From: Octopus bimaculoides
Lineage: Eukaryota
NCBI RefSeq assembly: GCF_001194135.2
Contig: NC_068999.1
Coordinates: 12,106,198 to 12,155,839, forward strand
Direction: 5' to 3'
Length of the DNA: 49,642 nucleotides
Position 1 is the stretch's first letter. Each line of letters begins with the position of its first letter. Positions 37,206-49,642 of this stretch are shown in pieces. The notes under the pieces are model-generated. The model was given only the letters and a program-made list of their open reading frames with translations. It did no database searches and was not told the origin of the DNA. Both the position numbers and the translations under genes were made by a program.

Positions 37206-38439
37206 GCACACAGGCACACACACTCACTCACACATATCTACAAATGAAATGGTAATACACCATACTACAACAGAACACGTGCTAATTATTATTGGACTAG
37301 AATGACTTGTTAAGCAAAATGGAAATATGATAAGAGGCATTCAAGAACGTAGCCATGAAAATCAATGGAGAATATTCTTCAATATTCTTACATTATTTCA
37401 CTGCTTGCCGCAGTCAATGGACTGGCAATATACCGGAACAGCTACTTCAAAGGGTTAAGTCGATTATATTGACCGCATTTCTTTGTCTGTTTATATGCTT
37501 TACATCTCGTTCTGAGAAGGACAAAGGTCAATGCAGACAAAATGTGCAAGAAAACAGTCATGTGACGGATCGAAATACAAATAATGCAGGTTCAATCAAC
37601 GCAACGGTATTTTGTCAACATTCGCGCCGATATATGTACGTACGTATACGTGCACACACACACAGAGACACACACATACAGACACACACACAGACACACA
37701 CACACACACACAGACACACACACACAAACACACATACACACACAGACACACACTCACTCATACATATATACAGACACACTCATACATATATACACATACA
37801 CACACATACACTCATACATATGCACGCATATATACACGCACTTAGTAGCATACGATAAATAATTATACTCATCAACAAGATGATGTTGCGCGAGCGCGCG
37901 CGTTTGTGCATTTTTTTTTGGCTTGCTTCAGTCATTGGATTGCAGTCATGTCGGGGCACTACTTTGACGCGTTTAGTCGGGCAAATAAACCCTAGCGTTT
38001 AATTTTTAATGATAGCCAATTATTTTTAAGGAGTTTTGCTGAACGCCGAAATTAAGGGGATGCTAACAAACCAACAACGCTTATCAGTCGGCGGAGGCGC
38101 ACACAGAAGCACACACATACATACACACACATACACATACACACATGCACACTTACACATATATACGACGGGCTTCCCCACAGTTTCTGTCAGAAGTCAA
38201 TGATCAGTCCCAGGGAATATTAAAAGACAATTGTCCAAGATATTGCGCAGTGGAACTCATTTCATAACCGTGTGGTTGCGAAGGGAACTTTTTAATCACA
38301 CACTCACACACACACATAGCCACATACACACACACATAGCCACATACACACACACATATATATAAATGTGTGTATGTGTGTACATTCACACACATACATG
38401 TATTTATATTTATCTATCTATTTTGATATACGCATGATC

Positions 38440-38506
<67 letters not shown>

Positions 38507-38819
38507 GCATGCGTTTATATAGACACATGCAAAAATACACACGCGAATAGGTATTAAAATAGATATTTGTGTGTCATACTCAATGTAAATACATTATGAA
38601 AAGGCATATGAACTGCAGTATTCTTCCGGAGGTAATATCTCTGATGGAGGTACTGTGTTTTACGCCCATAAGAGATATAATCTCCGGATCCTCTTGAACA
38701 CAGAGCAATACAAATAAAGACGGAAACAGCAAAAACGCTATTATAAGAGAACATAATATACTGGATTGAATGTGAATGATTGCGTGTCAGTTTTATCATA
38801 TTAAACAACAGAACAAGTT

Positions 38820-39210
38820 GGTGGAAAGAGAAGGAATTACAGGCCTATTCATGCAATAAACCGAGAATGTTGAACGTAAAGAATTCTGGTTGTGGCTGAC
38901 GGACGGAAACCGAATCATTAATTATAGCCGCACAGGAACAAGCCATTAGAACGAATTTGATAAAAGCAAAGACTGATAAAACTCAATCATAGAACAAAAA
39001 GCAGGATCGGTGGGAAAGAGAACGAAAAGTATTAAGCATCGCTTAAGTGAATGCAGTAAGCTAGAGCGAAAAGAATATAAACGCAGACATGACTGCATCG
39101 GCAAAAGAGCGTAGTGGGATGTTAGCTTTCTGCATGGCTTTAAATGAATCTGAAATGGAGACCTGCCAGAAGATGTGACAGAGAATAAAAATTACAGGAT
39201 TCTGTTACAA
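38820..39210 (+). mobile_element. Decayed R4/Dong-like (RLE-type) non-LTR retrotransposon, C-terminal fragment
   Basis: Frameshifted blocks WKEKEL, ETESLIIAAQEQAIRTNLIKAKTDKTQ, SIKHRLSECSKLERKEYKRRHDCIGKR and PEDVTENKNYRIL. These match the post-RT and CCHC-knuckle region of R4/Dong-type elements. Confidence 0.8.
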
Positions 39211-40315
39211 GATTCAAGGAAGAAGACCAGTGAAGAATAAAAGAAAACTTTGCAAGTCCATTCACTTCACTAATAACCAAGCACTTAATGAAGGTGCTAT
39301 CCATTACCTCGTGATGTGATGGTCATGACTGGAACACGTTTGATCATAGTCCTATTCGATGTACGCTGACCTGAAGATGAACAGCTAAACAAATTTAAAT
39401 TATTGGCATATTGGTAAAACCCAAGATACAACAAAATCCGTTCGAACACTCGATTTCACATCAATAATTTCGCAAGCCAGATACAAAAGGAAAAGCTGAA
39501 TAAGACATATTCTCCAAATATAGAATATCAGAATATTCTCTTAAATATTTTGTAAACCAGAACACGACGTTTGAAGTTTTCTTTCTTTTTTTTTTTTTTA
39601 CACAAATTGGTACCGATAATATATTCATGAAAACATAAATATACTAATAAAGAAAAGCTAAATGAAAAACAGAAACGTCCTCATTAGTAACAAATCAGTA
39701 GCATACAAGATTGAATAAACACTCAAAGGACGAAAATGATATGTAAATTCAATTATAAACAAAAATTGTAGCCGACATTTCCTTAGTTGTGTTTTATATA
39801 TTATTTCTCCATCGAACAGAAGACGGTTGATGGCGNNNNNNNNNNNNNNNNNNNNNNNNNNNNNNNNNNNNNNNNNNNNNNNNNNNNNNNNNNNNNNNNN
39901 NNNNNNNNNNNNNNNNNNNNNNNNNNNNNNNNNNNNNNNNNNNNNNNNNNNNNNNNNNNNNNNNNNNNNNNNNNNNNNNNNNNNNNNNNNNNNNNNNNNN
40001 NNNNNNNNNNNNNNNNNNNNNNNNNNNNNNNNNNNNNNNNNNNNNNNNNNNNNNNNNNNNNNNNNNNNNNNNNNNNNNNNNNNNNNNNNNNNNNNNNNNN
40101 NNNNNNNNNNNNNNNNNNNNNNNNNNNNNNNNNNNNNNNNNNNNNNNNNNNNNNNNNNNNNNNNNNNNNNNNNNNNNNNNNNNNNNNNNNNNNNNNNNNN
40201 NNNNNNNNNNNNNNNNNNNNNNNNNNACAAATACAGGCACACATACATACATACATACGTAATCAATGGATGGATCGATCGTTGTTTCATAATCATTCGA
40301 CATATATCAAATTGG

Positions 40316-40367
<52 letters not shown>

Positions 40368-40406
40368 GCACACACGCACACACTCAGACACATATACACA
40401 CACACA

Positions 40407-41451
40407 CGAGGTTAAGTAAAAGCTTATTTACAGAAACAAAAGCTGGAGATATTAGCTATTACATCATTTTTCAACATAGCCTGATTGCTTTTCGATGCAT
40501 TATTTCCAGCATTCCATAAGCTTGCTTATTCCATCGAAGAAGGTTTTCAGCTGGTCGCGCAACCATTTATGCAACGCTTCCTGCTCTTTTCCGTCCGTAG
40601 CAAATCGATGTCCTCGTAGACGATGTTTGAACAGTCCAGAGGGTGAGATCTTGACTGTATGGAGGGTGGTCTAGCAACACGAAACTTAATTTCTCAATAG
40701 TTTTAACAGTGTCGGTGGTTGCATGAGGGCGTGCGTTGTCACACAAAGCAAACTTCAGCGTTCTTTGCAAGTTGCTGGTTTCAGCATTTTACTGGTGACT
40801 TTAAACCCCTTTTCCAGATAATGTTCCAGGATAGTCTCTTTGGCATTCGCCAAATCTATTAGTGTCACTTATTGTGCGGAAGGTTGAGCCTTGAATTCCT
40901 TTTATGCAGGCGATTCCAGGTGGTTCCACAGTGTACTCCGCCTTCAGCATTTTGGCTCAAAGTGCTGAACAAAGGTCTTATCACATGTGAGTATTCTCGC
41001 CATAGAAAACCCTCACCTTCATCATGGTAGAGGTGGAGTAATCCTTGATAGATCTCCATATGATTGTGTTTATGCGCTTCGGTAAGCACTCTTGGGACCC
41101 ATCTCGCAATAACTTTATGCAAGCGAAGATTATTGCAGATGAACATGCCATTCCATTCTTGGTCACTCATCGGTTTGCCAGCACCATCTTCCGAGCTTAT
41201 TGAATTTTCACATCTTCATGCTTTACTCATGTCCGGCCATTTTTAAACATCTCAATCTCTTTATACACGCGGTAGAGCTCTGTCTCACTATCATACTGAA
41301 AGCTCGATGAATTCTAATCCCTGACACACTTGCAGAGTGAGAAAACCAGATCACTGATCCCTGTTCTTCTTTGGTGCATATTACCAACAGATCGGCCATG
41401 TTTACTCTGTAACACAAGAAAGAAAACTGTTGTGATCAAGGCTAAACCTCG
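40407..41451 (-). mobile_element. Decayed mariner (DD34D-type) transposon
   Basis: Frameshifted motifs LHKVIARWVPRVLTEAHK (WVPxxL), CDNARPH (HDNARPH) and LDHPPYSQDL (HPPYSPDL). Short CGAGGTT...AACCTCG ends may be TIR remnants. Confidence 0.88.
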
Positions 41452-41833
41452 ATTAACTCTAACCCTAACCCTACACACACAGACACAAACATTTACATAT
41501 ACGACAGGATTTCACACAGTTTCTGCTTAACAAATACATTCACAACACATTCGTTGGTACGGGGCTATACTAGAAGACATTTCTTCAAGGTGCTGTGCAG
41601 TGGAACTGAACCCAAAGCTACGTAGTTGCAAAGCGATCTTCTATATTTCATTCAATTTTTTACAAATGAAAAATTGGAAACAGATATCGACCTTTCGGCT
41701 TCACGGCCGTCATCCGTCTGCCAATGGTGAGCTAATTGGTTCCCTTAGGAACCAATTTACATATAATGTTTTACTTGGAGATGGTCATCTTTTGTCGATT
41801 AAACACGCACACTAATCATTTGGTCTCCACTTT

Positions 41834-41929
<96 letters not shown>

Positions 41930-42181
41930 GTTTATTTGTCAGAGTTCTTTCGTGACACATATTGTGATCATCTCAGCGACTTTCTGACAAAGAAACTAAA
42001 AGATAATAATTATGAAGCTTACGTGAAGGTCAAATAAAAAGAGTGTGTATTTAATCGGCAAAAGACGACCTTCGCCAAGTATTAAGATATTAGTTTCAAC
42101 ACACGATTTCACATCAAGAATCTTGCACGACAAATGCATAAAAGTAATTTATAATTCAATATAAAAACAATCGTTAATATA

Positions 42182-42344
42182 GGCGCATGAATGGTTATGT
42201 GGTAAGAAGCTTGCTTCGTAGCCACATGGTTACGGGTTCAGTCCTACTTCGTGGAATCTTGGGCAAGTGTCTTCTACTATAGCTTCAGGCTGACCAAAGT
42301 CTTGTGAGTGGATTTAGTAGACGGAAACTGAATGAAGCCCTTCG

Positions 42345-42417
<73 letters not shown>

Positions 42418-42645
42418 ATGTTTATGTGCGAGTTTCTGTGTTTGCCTACCAACCACCGTCGCTTGACAACCGATGCTGGTGAGTTTATGTCCCCGTAACA
42501 AAGCTGTTCGACAAAAGGGACCGATAGAACAAGTACTAGGCTTAGAAAAAATAGGCTGGGGTCGATTTCTCCGATTAAAACCTTATAAGGTGGTGCACCG
42601 GCATAGCGCAGTCACGAGACTGAAACAAGTAAAAGAATAAAAGCA
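42182..42645 (+). mobile_element. SINE family A, full-length copy with internal (CA)n/(TA)n
   Basis: Head ggcgcatgaatggttatgtggtaagaagc through tail gactgaaacaagtaaaagaataaaag. Confidence 0.85.
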
Positions 42646-42673
42646 TACAGGAGCGCGTGCGCATTTGTGTGTA

Positions 42674-42706
<33 letters not shown>

Positions 42707-42714
42707 AAACATAC

Positions 42715-42898
42715 CTGGAATCCTTTCTGCGAACGGATATCTAGCACTCTGTTGTAATGTATCTCTATCTCACCATTTTTGATCAGAAATGTCTGAGGAA
42801 ACGGTCCTTGGTAAGCATTGTTTATGGTGTTATACTCTAAAGATTTCAGTCCTTTGATTAATCTGTCTGCAATGTCTTCCTTGTATCTTGGGTGGACT
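42715..42898 (-). CDS. SIAE: SIAE penultimate exon (contains the conserved HP-R-x-K His motif)
   Basis: ttacacag|A GTC CAC CCA...TTC CAG|gtatgt; 184 nt; VHPRYKEDIADRLIKGLKSLEYNTINNAYQGPFPQTFLIKNGEIEIHYNRVLDIRSQKGFQ; phases 2/0 fit the neighbouring exons. Confidence 0.95.
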
Positions 42899-43117
42899 CT
42901 GTGTAAGACAGAAGCAGAGATTATGTCAGTGCAGTGGACAGGGATTGAAATTATATGGAGAATGTAAGACACGGTACACATGCATACAGAAAGGGTGTAC
43001 GCACATAGGGATACACAGAGACATACTCACAGACATGAACACGCACAAATACGAAAGGCGGAAGCTCTGGAGAGAGAGAAAGCTGGGAGAAGAGAGAGCT
43101 GAGAGGATGAGGGCAAC

Positions 43118-43227
43118 ACAGAGACAGAGAGACAGAGAGACAAAGAGACAGAGAGACAGAGAGACAGAGAGACAAAGAGACAGAGAGACAGAGAGACAGA
43201 GAGACAAAGAGACAGAGAGACAGAGAG
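43118..43227. repeat. Octamer repeat with a 32-bp higher-order period
   Basis: [ACAGAGAG]x3 + ACAAAGAG, repeated about 3.4 times. Confidence 0.9.
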
Positions 43228-43441
43228 GACAAAGAAGTCTGTTTCTCGTTTCCTGAATTGTAGGTTTTCGTTCATTNNNNNNNNNNNNNNNNNNNNNNNN
43301 NNNNNNNNNNNNNNNNNNNNNNNNNNNNNNNNNNNNNNNNNNNNNNNNNNNNNNNNNNNNNNNNNNNNNNNNNNNNNNNNNNNNNNNNNNNNNNNNNNNN
43401 NNNNNNNNNNNNNNNNNNNNNNNNNNNNNNNNNNNNNNNNN

Positions 43442-43487
<46 letters not shown>

Positions 43488-43840
43488 GGGAGAAAGACAG
43501 AAGAGAAAAAGAAGGGGGAAAGAGAAGAGGGAGAGAGGAAATAGAGAGTGAGAGAATAGGGGAGAGAGGGAGGGAAGAAAGAAGTGGGAGAGAGAAAAGA
43601 AGGAGAGAAAGAGATAAGGAGAGAGAGAGAAGAGAGAAAGAAGTAGGAGAGAGAGAAGAGGGAAAGAGAAGAGGGAGAGAGAGAGAAGAGGGAAAGAGAG
43701 AGAAGAAGAACAGAGAGAGAAGAGGAACAGAGAGAGAAGAGGAACAGAGAGAGAAGAGGGAAAGAGAGAGAAGAAGGAAAGAGAGAAGAAGGAAAGAGAG
43801 AAGAGGGTAGGAGACAGTATGAAAGAGAGAGATAGAGAGA
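43442..43840. repeat. Polypurine (GA-rich) tract with 15-bp sub-repeats
   Basis: Direct inspection. Confidence 0.9.
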
Positions 43841-43935
43841 AGTAATCAATCAATCAATCGAAATTGTCATTCAATTAAAAATCAAACAAAGCACTTAAAA
43901 GACAAAAACATAAGAATAACATCTATACTACTTAC

Positions 43936-44078
43936 GATCCGTAAGGAGAAGTCGGATCTGGTAAATCCATAGCTACAGCCATAAAAACATTCGGGAGTTT
44001 TTCATTTGGTACATAACCTTTATTAGCTGTCTGCGCCCAACGGAGAGCAGGGAACTGGAGTTTATTATAGGGAGCAAG
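43936..44078 (-). CDS. SIAE: SIAE internal exon
   Basis: ttcctatccag|CTT GCT...GGA TC|gtaagt; 143 nt; LAPYNKLQFPALRWAQTANKGYVPNEKLPNVFMAVAMDLPDPTSPYG(S), matching the SIAE RWxQTA-GYVPN-FMAVAMDL-SPxG motifs. Confidence 0.96.
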
Positions 44079-45874
44079 CTGGATAGGAAATAATTGAATA
44101 CGATAGAAAAAGAAAAAAACAAAAGAAATAAATCAACGATTTGATTATTTAAATTTATTTTCCAGAGTTGTGTTCGTTTGACAAATGAGGTGATCTGAGA
44201 TTAAACGGGGAAATTGAAATCATTATATCGTGAAAAGCTTTTATTTTAATTAGTAAGACAAAAAAAAAAAGAATTATACTAGACAATAATACATACACAC
44301 AAAATCAACCTCTTACATTCTTTGTTTTATTATACCGTACTATAGTATATTATACTATACTATACTANNNNNNNNNNNNNNNNNNNNNNNNNNNNNNNNN
44401 NNNNNNNNNNNNNNNNNNNNNNNNNNNNNNNNNNNNNNNNNNNNNNNNNNNNNNNNNNNNNNNNNNNNNNNNNNNNNNNNNNNNNNNNNNNNNNNNNNNN
44501 NNNNNNNNNNNNNNNNNNNNNNNNNNNNNNNNNNNNNNNNNNNNNNNNNNNNNNNNNNNNNNNNNNNNNNNNNNNNNNNNNNNNNNNNNNNNNNNNNNNN
44601 NNNNNNNNNNNNNNNNNNNNNNNNNNNNNNNNNNNNNNNNNNNNNNNNNNNNNNNNNNNNNNNNNNNNNNNNNNNNNNNNNNNNNNNNNNNNNNNNNNNN
44701 NNNNNNNNNNNNNNNNNNNNNNNNNNNNNNNNNNNNNNNNNNNNNNNNNNNNNNNNNNNNNNNNNNNNNNNNNNNNNNNNNNNNNNNNNNNNNNNNNNNN
44801 NNNNNNNNNNNNNNNNNNNNNNNNNNNNNNNNNNNNNNNNNNNNNNNNNNNNNNNNNNNNNNNNNNNNNNNNNNNNNNNNNNNNNNNNNNNNNNNNNNNN
44901 NNNNNNNNNNNNNNNNNNNNNNNNNNNNNNNNNNNNNNNNNNNNNNNNNNNNNNNNNNNNNNNNNNNNNNNNNNNNNNNNNNNNNNNNNNNNNNNNNNNN
45001 NNNNNNNNNNNNNNNNNNNNNNNGTTTCAGCCATATGGCTGTGATCACGCTGGAGTACCACAGTGGTTATATATATATACATATGTATATATATAATCGT
45101 TATACATATGTGTGTGTGTGTGTGAAAGTGAGTACTCCGTCGGTTACGACGAGGGTACTAGCTGGTACCCTAGCTGATACGATCAACGGAAGAGCTTGCT
45201 CGCTCGTGAAATTAACGTGCAAGTGGCTGAGCACTCCACCGATACGTGTACCTTTAACGTAGTTCTCAGGGAAATTCAGTGTGACACAGAGTGTGACAAG
45301 GTTGGCCCTTTGAAATACAGGTACTACTCATTTTTGCCAGCTGAGTGCACTGGAGCATGGAATTGAACTCACGAACTTACGATCATGTTTATATATATAT
45401 AATTAGTTATATATGTATATAATCGTTTAAGTCCATTGTACATGATAGCATCTGTTAAAAGGAACTTTTGATGCAGTTTTTTTTTTACAATCGTTTTTAA
45501 TTATCTTAAAATCGTTAGATTAACAAATAGCGTTAAAATAGCATAACACGACATAACCTAATTAAAGAGATTCTGGAATTTAATTAGGCAGACATCTGAC
45601 CCCGACAACTATAAATATCTTCGTTGAAATCGATTTCGCTGTACTCGAAAGGTCAATAAACTAATTACCAGTCATATAATCGGGAACGGTTACATTATAT
45701 ATCTTCCATAGAACTAAATTGAAATTGGTTCTGTTGTCAGCGTCGCATATTATTTTTAAGATCGAGGAGAGTTGTGTGTGTTAGTATATGTGTATTTATT
45801 TGTGTTTGTTCTTTTTTTATACGTGTGTAACATGTATGGATGTGTATGGGTGCGTATGTGATCATAGTGTGTGA

Positions 45875-45931
<57 letters not shown>

Positions 45932-45946
45932 TGCACGTGTGTTTAC

Positions 45947-46077
45947 CTGAACGAATCCGAATGGGAATGTAGAAGATGTCTGATTGTATGAACCTTCATT
46001 AAACTTTTGCCGCCAATCAGCAACCATTGCTGGAAACAGGCATGAATATTGTTGAGGATGCTGGGAGTTTGATTCAC
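45947..46077 (-). CDS. SIAE: SIAE internal exon
   Basis: ttacag|GT GAA TCA AAC...GTT CAG|gtaaac; 131 nt; (G)ESNSQHPQQYSCLFPAMVADWRQKFNEGSYNQTSSTFPFGFVQ; completes the WYQGESN motif across the intron. Confidence 0.96.
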
Positions 46078-46653
46078 CTGTAATTATAAACAAACAGAAA
46101 CACAAAACAAAAGATACAAGCATTTATGTCTAAGTTACATAGGTGTCGCATTAAAAACCACTGGTCATATTGAAATGGCATTTTTAATTTTTAGTTTATG
46201 ATATCGATTTAACGAAAATGGTCAGACAAAATATGCGAACTTTTGCAGCCCTCTCCCAGTTTGTTCTGTGATAACCAAAAACCTTGAAAATAGTGTACAC
46301 TGATTTTGACATCTAGGTGATAAGTGGTGTTAAATAATCTTTTCTACTCTAGGAATAAGGTCCCAAATTTTTGGAGAGTGGGGCCAGTCGATTAGATCGA
46401 CCCCAGTACGCAACTGGTAGTTTATTTATCGACCCCGAAAGGATGAAAGGCAAAGTCGACCTCGGTGGAATTTGAACTCAGAACGNNNNNNNNNNAAAGG
46501 CAAAGTCGACCTCGGTGGAATTTGAACTCAGAACGTAAAGATAGATGGAATACCGCTAAGCATTTCGCCCGGCGTGCTAACGTTTCTGCCAGCTCGCTAC
46601 ATTACGGTGGAAGCGAAAACGATACTTACTTCTAGGTTTCATACCTTGATTAA

Positions 46654-46945
46654 CCCATTACCTACCAGTGATCTCATATGAGATCACTTAAAAAATTACA
46701 AATTTCGTAATTATCTGTCAATATTTACACATTCTAACCTTTTTGCTATATTTACTAGGTATAATTCCCTGATATTCAAATGAGGTTTGCTAATTTTTCA
46801 CCCAATATCTCGTTTATTTCTATTTAAAATGTTATTTTGAAATGTTATTTTGATCATTCCAGCGTACTTCTAAGGCTGTTTTATGCTAGAAATCAAAGTT
46901 TCATAAAAAAAAACTCCAGTTAATAGAATTATGGGAGGTAATGGG
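46654..46945. mobile_element. piggyBac-like MITE, 292 bp
   Basis: TTAA|CCCATTACCTACCA ... TGGGAGGTAATGGG|TTAA: 14-bp TIR with 1 mismatch and a TTAA TSD. Confidence 0.85.
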
Positions 46946-47195
46946 TTAATGAACGTTAATCGGCACCTCATCCAATGCCAAATGTTGAATTTTGTTATAG
47001 CAGAAAGAAATAGATTTTGAAAAAAGCGTTGACTCGATAACGATCAAAGGAGACCTTGTATTTGAATGGTGCTTACGTTAAATTGTCAGCCCCACAAAAC
47101 TTAAATTAAAATCTAGTGATATTTAAACTATAGAGTATTGAATCAGATGCTCTATAAAAACTTTCACGCTCATAACAAGCACACACAAATACATA

Positions 47196-47241
<46 letters not shown>

Positions 47242-47659
47242 GCACCAGTCCGCACATGAAAATGTGGGAGTATTCGATTGAAGCTGTCGAAGTACATACA
47301 TGGCTGTTAATTCTTTTAGCAAAACGAAGCAAAATTTCTGGTGATGTTTGAAATCAGAGCATAAAGGCACGTTAAGAAACATGGATAATCATTTAATTGA
47401 ACATCAGTGCTGAAAAATATTCATAATTTCATAATTTCTAATTAATTCGGTTTTCCTAAGTTAATTAAATGCACATTTATTTGTGATTGATTCTCAAATA
47501 ATTGGACAAGACATGAATCTGCTTCAGTTCTACGTTGACAGGGAACTGAGTATGTTGCATGTATTACTTACGGATATCTATCGATTTCAATAATGACAGC
47601 ATTGTCCCTTGTTCTGGAGACGATATAAAAACAACAAAATTATGTTTCGTTTCACTAAC

Positions 47660-47748
47660 CTTGGTACCATATAATTCCATGGATTGTCATATTTAATAAT
47701 GGATGAATCATAGCATTCCAGAAAGAAGACTTTGTAAACGAGATTTTG
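47660..47748 (-). CDS. SIAE: Sialate O-acetylesterase internal exon (most 5' one found in the window)
   Basis: ttttacag|C AAA...TAC CAA G|gttagt; 89 nt; KISFTKSSFWNAMIHPLLNMTIHGIIWYQ(G), matching the SIAE WNAMIHPL...WYQGE block. Confidence 0.95.
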
Positions 47749-48122
47749 CTGTAAAATAAACGATATTTTGTGAAGAAAATTCATTAATAAAACATATTTG
47801 TTTAGTTAAGGTTAATGATTCTAAGTAGCGTCACATATGACTATCTAGCATCATTTTTACACTCTAGTCGTCTTGACAACTTAATTTTCATAATACCTTG
47901 AAATGCTCACAAATTACGCACTGCCATTTTAACAAAGAAAAGATACTTAACAAGTTCGCTTGATAGTCATCAAGTTTTGTGTTTTATCTATCAGTGTGCC
48001 ATCTTGGTCACGTGACGTTGGTTATAGCATCAAGTGGATCCAAAGCATGCTTTCTAAAAAATGGAGTTTATCCTATTTCTTGTTCTGAAAGGAGGTAAAG
48101 CACTTTGTGCCACTGGTTTTAA

Positions 48123-48123
<1 letters not shown>

Positions 48124-48190
<67 letters not shown>
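48124..48190. repeat. (TCTA)n tetranucleotide microsatellite
   Basis: Perfect run. Confidence 0.95.
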
Positions 48191-48192
<2 letters not shown>

Positions 48193-48522
48193 ATGAATAC
48201 ACACACACATACACACATATATGAAAACATATATATATATATGGAGATATATATCGATACTTATGGATATATAAAGTTTCATTTGTATATTCAAACATAT
48301 ATATGTATATTTTTTAAATAAATATTTAGCATAAGCAACAGATTGACTCTAGGTCCGGGAATTCCATGGTTTAGCACAACGCACGAGACACTCGAACCTA
48401 GATTGACTGTGTTGCGTCTGCTAAATATTGATAAAAACAAACATATGCTCATATTTGGAGTTCTATTTTTCCTTTGGCATCACTATATATATACATGGTA
48501 TATATGTGTGTGTATATATATG

Positions 48523-48577
<55 letters not shown>

Positions 48578-49602
48578 GGATGTGTGTATGTGAATACATA
48601 TGTACAGGCATTTATATATATATATGTGCATGTGAGTTTATTTGTGTATATAGATACACATATATCATATTTGAAGTGTATGTGTATATAAGAGTGCGTA
48701 TGTGTGTGTGTGTGTGTGTGCGCGTGAATGTGTGTGTGTGTGTGTGTTTGTATATATGTGATGTATGTCTGAGTGTATATATATAGATATAAATTGTAGG
48801 CATCATTCGCACTTAAACGTTGATATTCAAAAGAACGTCCAGATTTCTTAAAAAGAACTTCGTTCTTTGCCCAGAAGAACTAAAAGAAATCAATGGTGAA
48901 AATCTGAAGTGCTTCCCTTTTTTCCTCAATTATTTTCTTCTTTAATCTGGGAATATTTCATATCGAGAAATTCAATCAAACTTTCGCTCTCAGCCTCACA
49001 TTTGCGCCAGATAAATAAATCGTTAATACTGCGGATGGTATTTTCCCCAACATTTTATATCTGGCAGAGGAGAAGATGTTTATAAGTATGATCTTATAGA
49101 TACTCCCGGCCTATTAATATTGATGCTGTCCGTGACTTTTCACAGCATCTGCCGATCAATGTCTTCCTGTTTAAAAACTTATTCGGTGAGAATACCAGAG
49201 GCAGTTGTCCGAATGCTTGAAAAAAAGTGTGCGCTTTGCGAAGGTCATTCAGGTACCAGATTGTGATGTTAAAACGGGTGGTTGTTTAGGGCCCAGAATA
49301 GATAGAGAGAAGCGCGTCAAGTTTCTTCATAGCTCATCCAAATTTTTAAAACAACGAGTAAGACATAAGGTATCAGATATATTCCGCAGTGAACTTCGGT
49401 GGGAATCCTCCGATATAATTATAATAATAAGTTTGTATTTCAAAAATAAGAGAAGTATAAAAGAACCGCATTATTTATGGGATGACCCAATATACATATA
49501 TATGTGGAGTTGCGTAGCTTAGTAGTTAAGGTAATTGGTTTACGATCCATTGATCGGATCAGCTGGAACTGTCGTCGTCGTTACGGACGGAGTACCAGTT
49601 AT

Positions 49603-49642
<40 letters not shown>

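Noticed and set aside
39658-39835. Hydrophobic minus-strand ORF end inside the last SIAE intron
   Set aside because: No splice context or homology; AT-rich chance frame next to a gap.
2175-45082. Long ORFs in the track (200-400 aa)
   Set aside because: They run through N-gaps or microsatellites (poly-X, poly-S/T/V, alternating YI/HT/CV), so they are artefacts.
46446-46535. Exact 40-bp direct repeat around a 10-N gap
   Set aside because: Typical overlap of unmerged contig ends; an assembly artefact.
48800-49440. CpG-retaining stretch that looks like decayed coding sequence; also checked for the next upstream SIAE exon
   Set aside because: No WGGT-type SIAE motif and no transposase or RT motif that I can identify reliably. 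BLASTX would settle it.

Overview
Repeat-dense animal genomic DNA from a fragmented draft assembly (13 N-gaps, most flanked by microsatellites). The repeat families and the extreme microsatellite load point to an octopod cephalopod (Octopus sp.); this is inference, not verified. Two spliced genes lie head-to-tail on the minus strand; the ORF track does not assemble either. (1) The last five coding exons of sialate O-acetylesterase (SIAE): 47660-47748, 45947-46077, 43936-44078, 42715-42898, 35141-35371. They join in frame through GT-AG introns into 258 aa ending in a stop codon. (2) The first three coding exons of MPDU1: 29109-29205, 10182-10247, 7419-7551, with an 18.9 kb first intron. The rest is intronic or intergenic: many copies of several tRNA-derived SINE-like families, Tc1/mariner, piggyBac-like and hAT MITEs, decayed mariner, Penelope-like and R4/Dong-like coding relics, and simple repeats. 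There is no CRISPR array, rRNA or real tRNA gene. I found no convincing new multi-gene system. The best leads are modest: a decayed minimal hammerhead-like fold, a 59-bp intronic foldback, a motif cluster just upstream of the MPDU1 ATG, a unique CpG-rich block with a long open frame in intron 1, and an apparent CpG-depletion boundary near the MPDU1 start. Exon coordinates were counted exactly; SINE boundaries are approximate.
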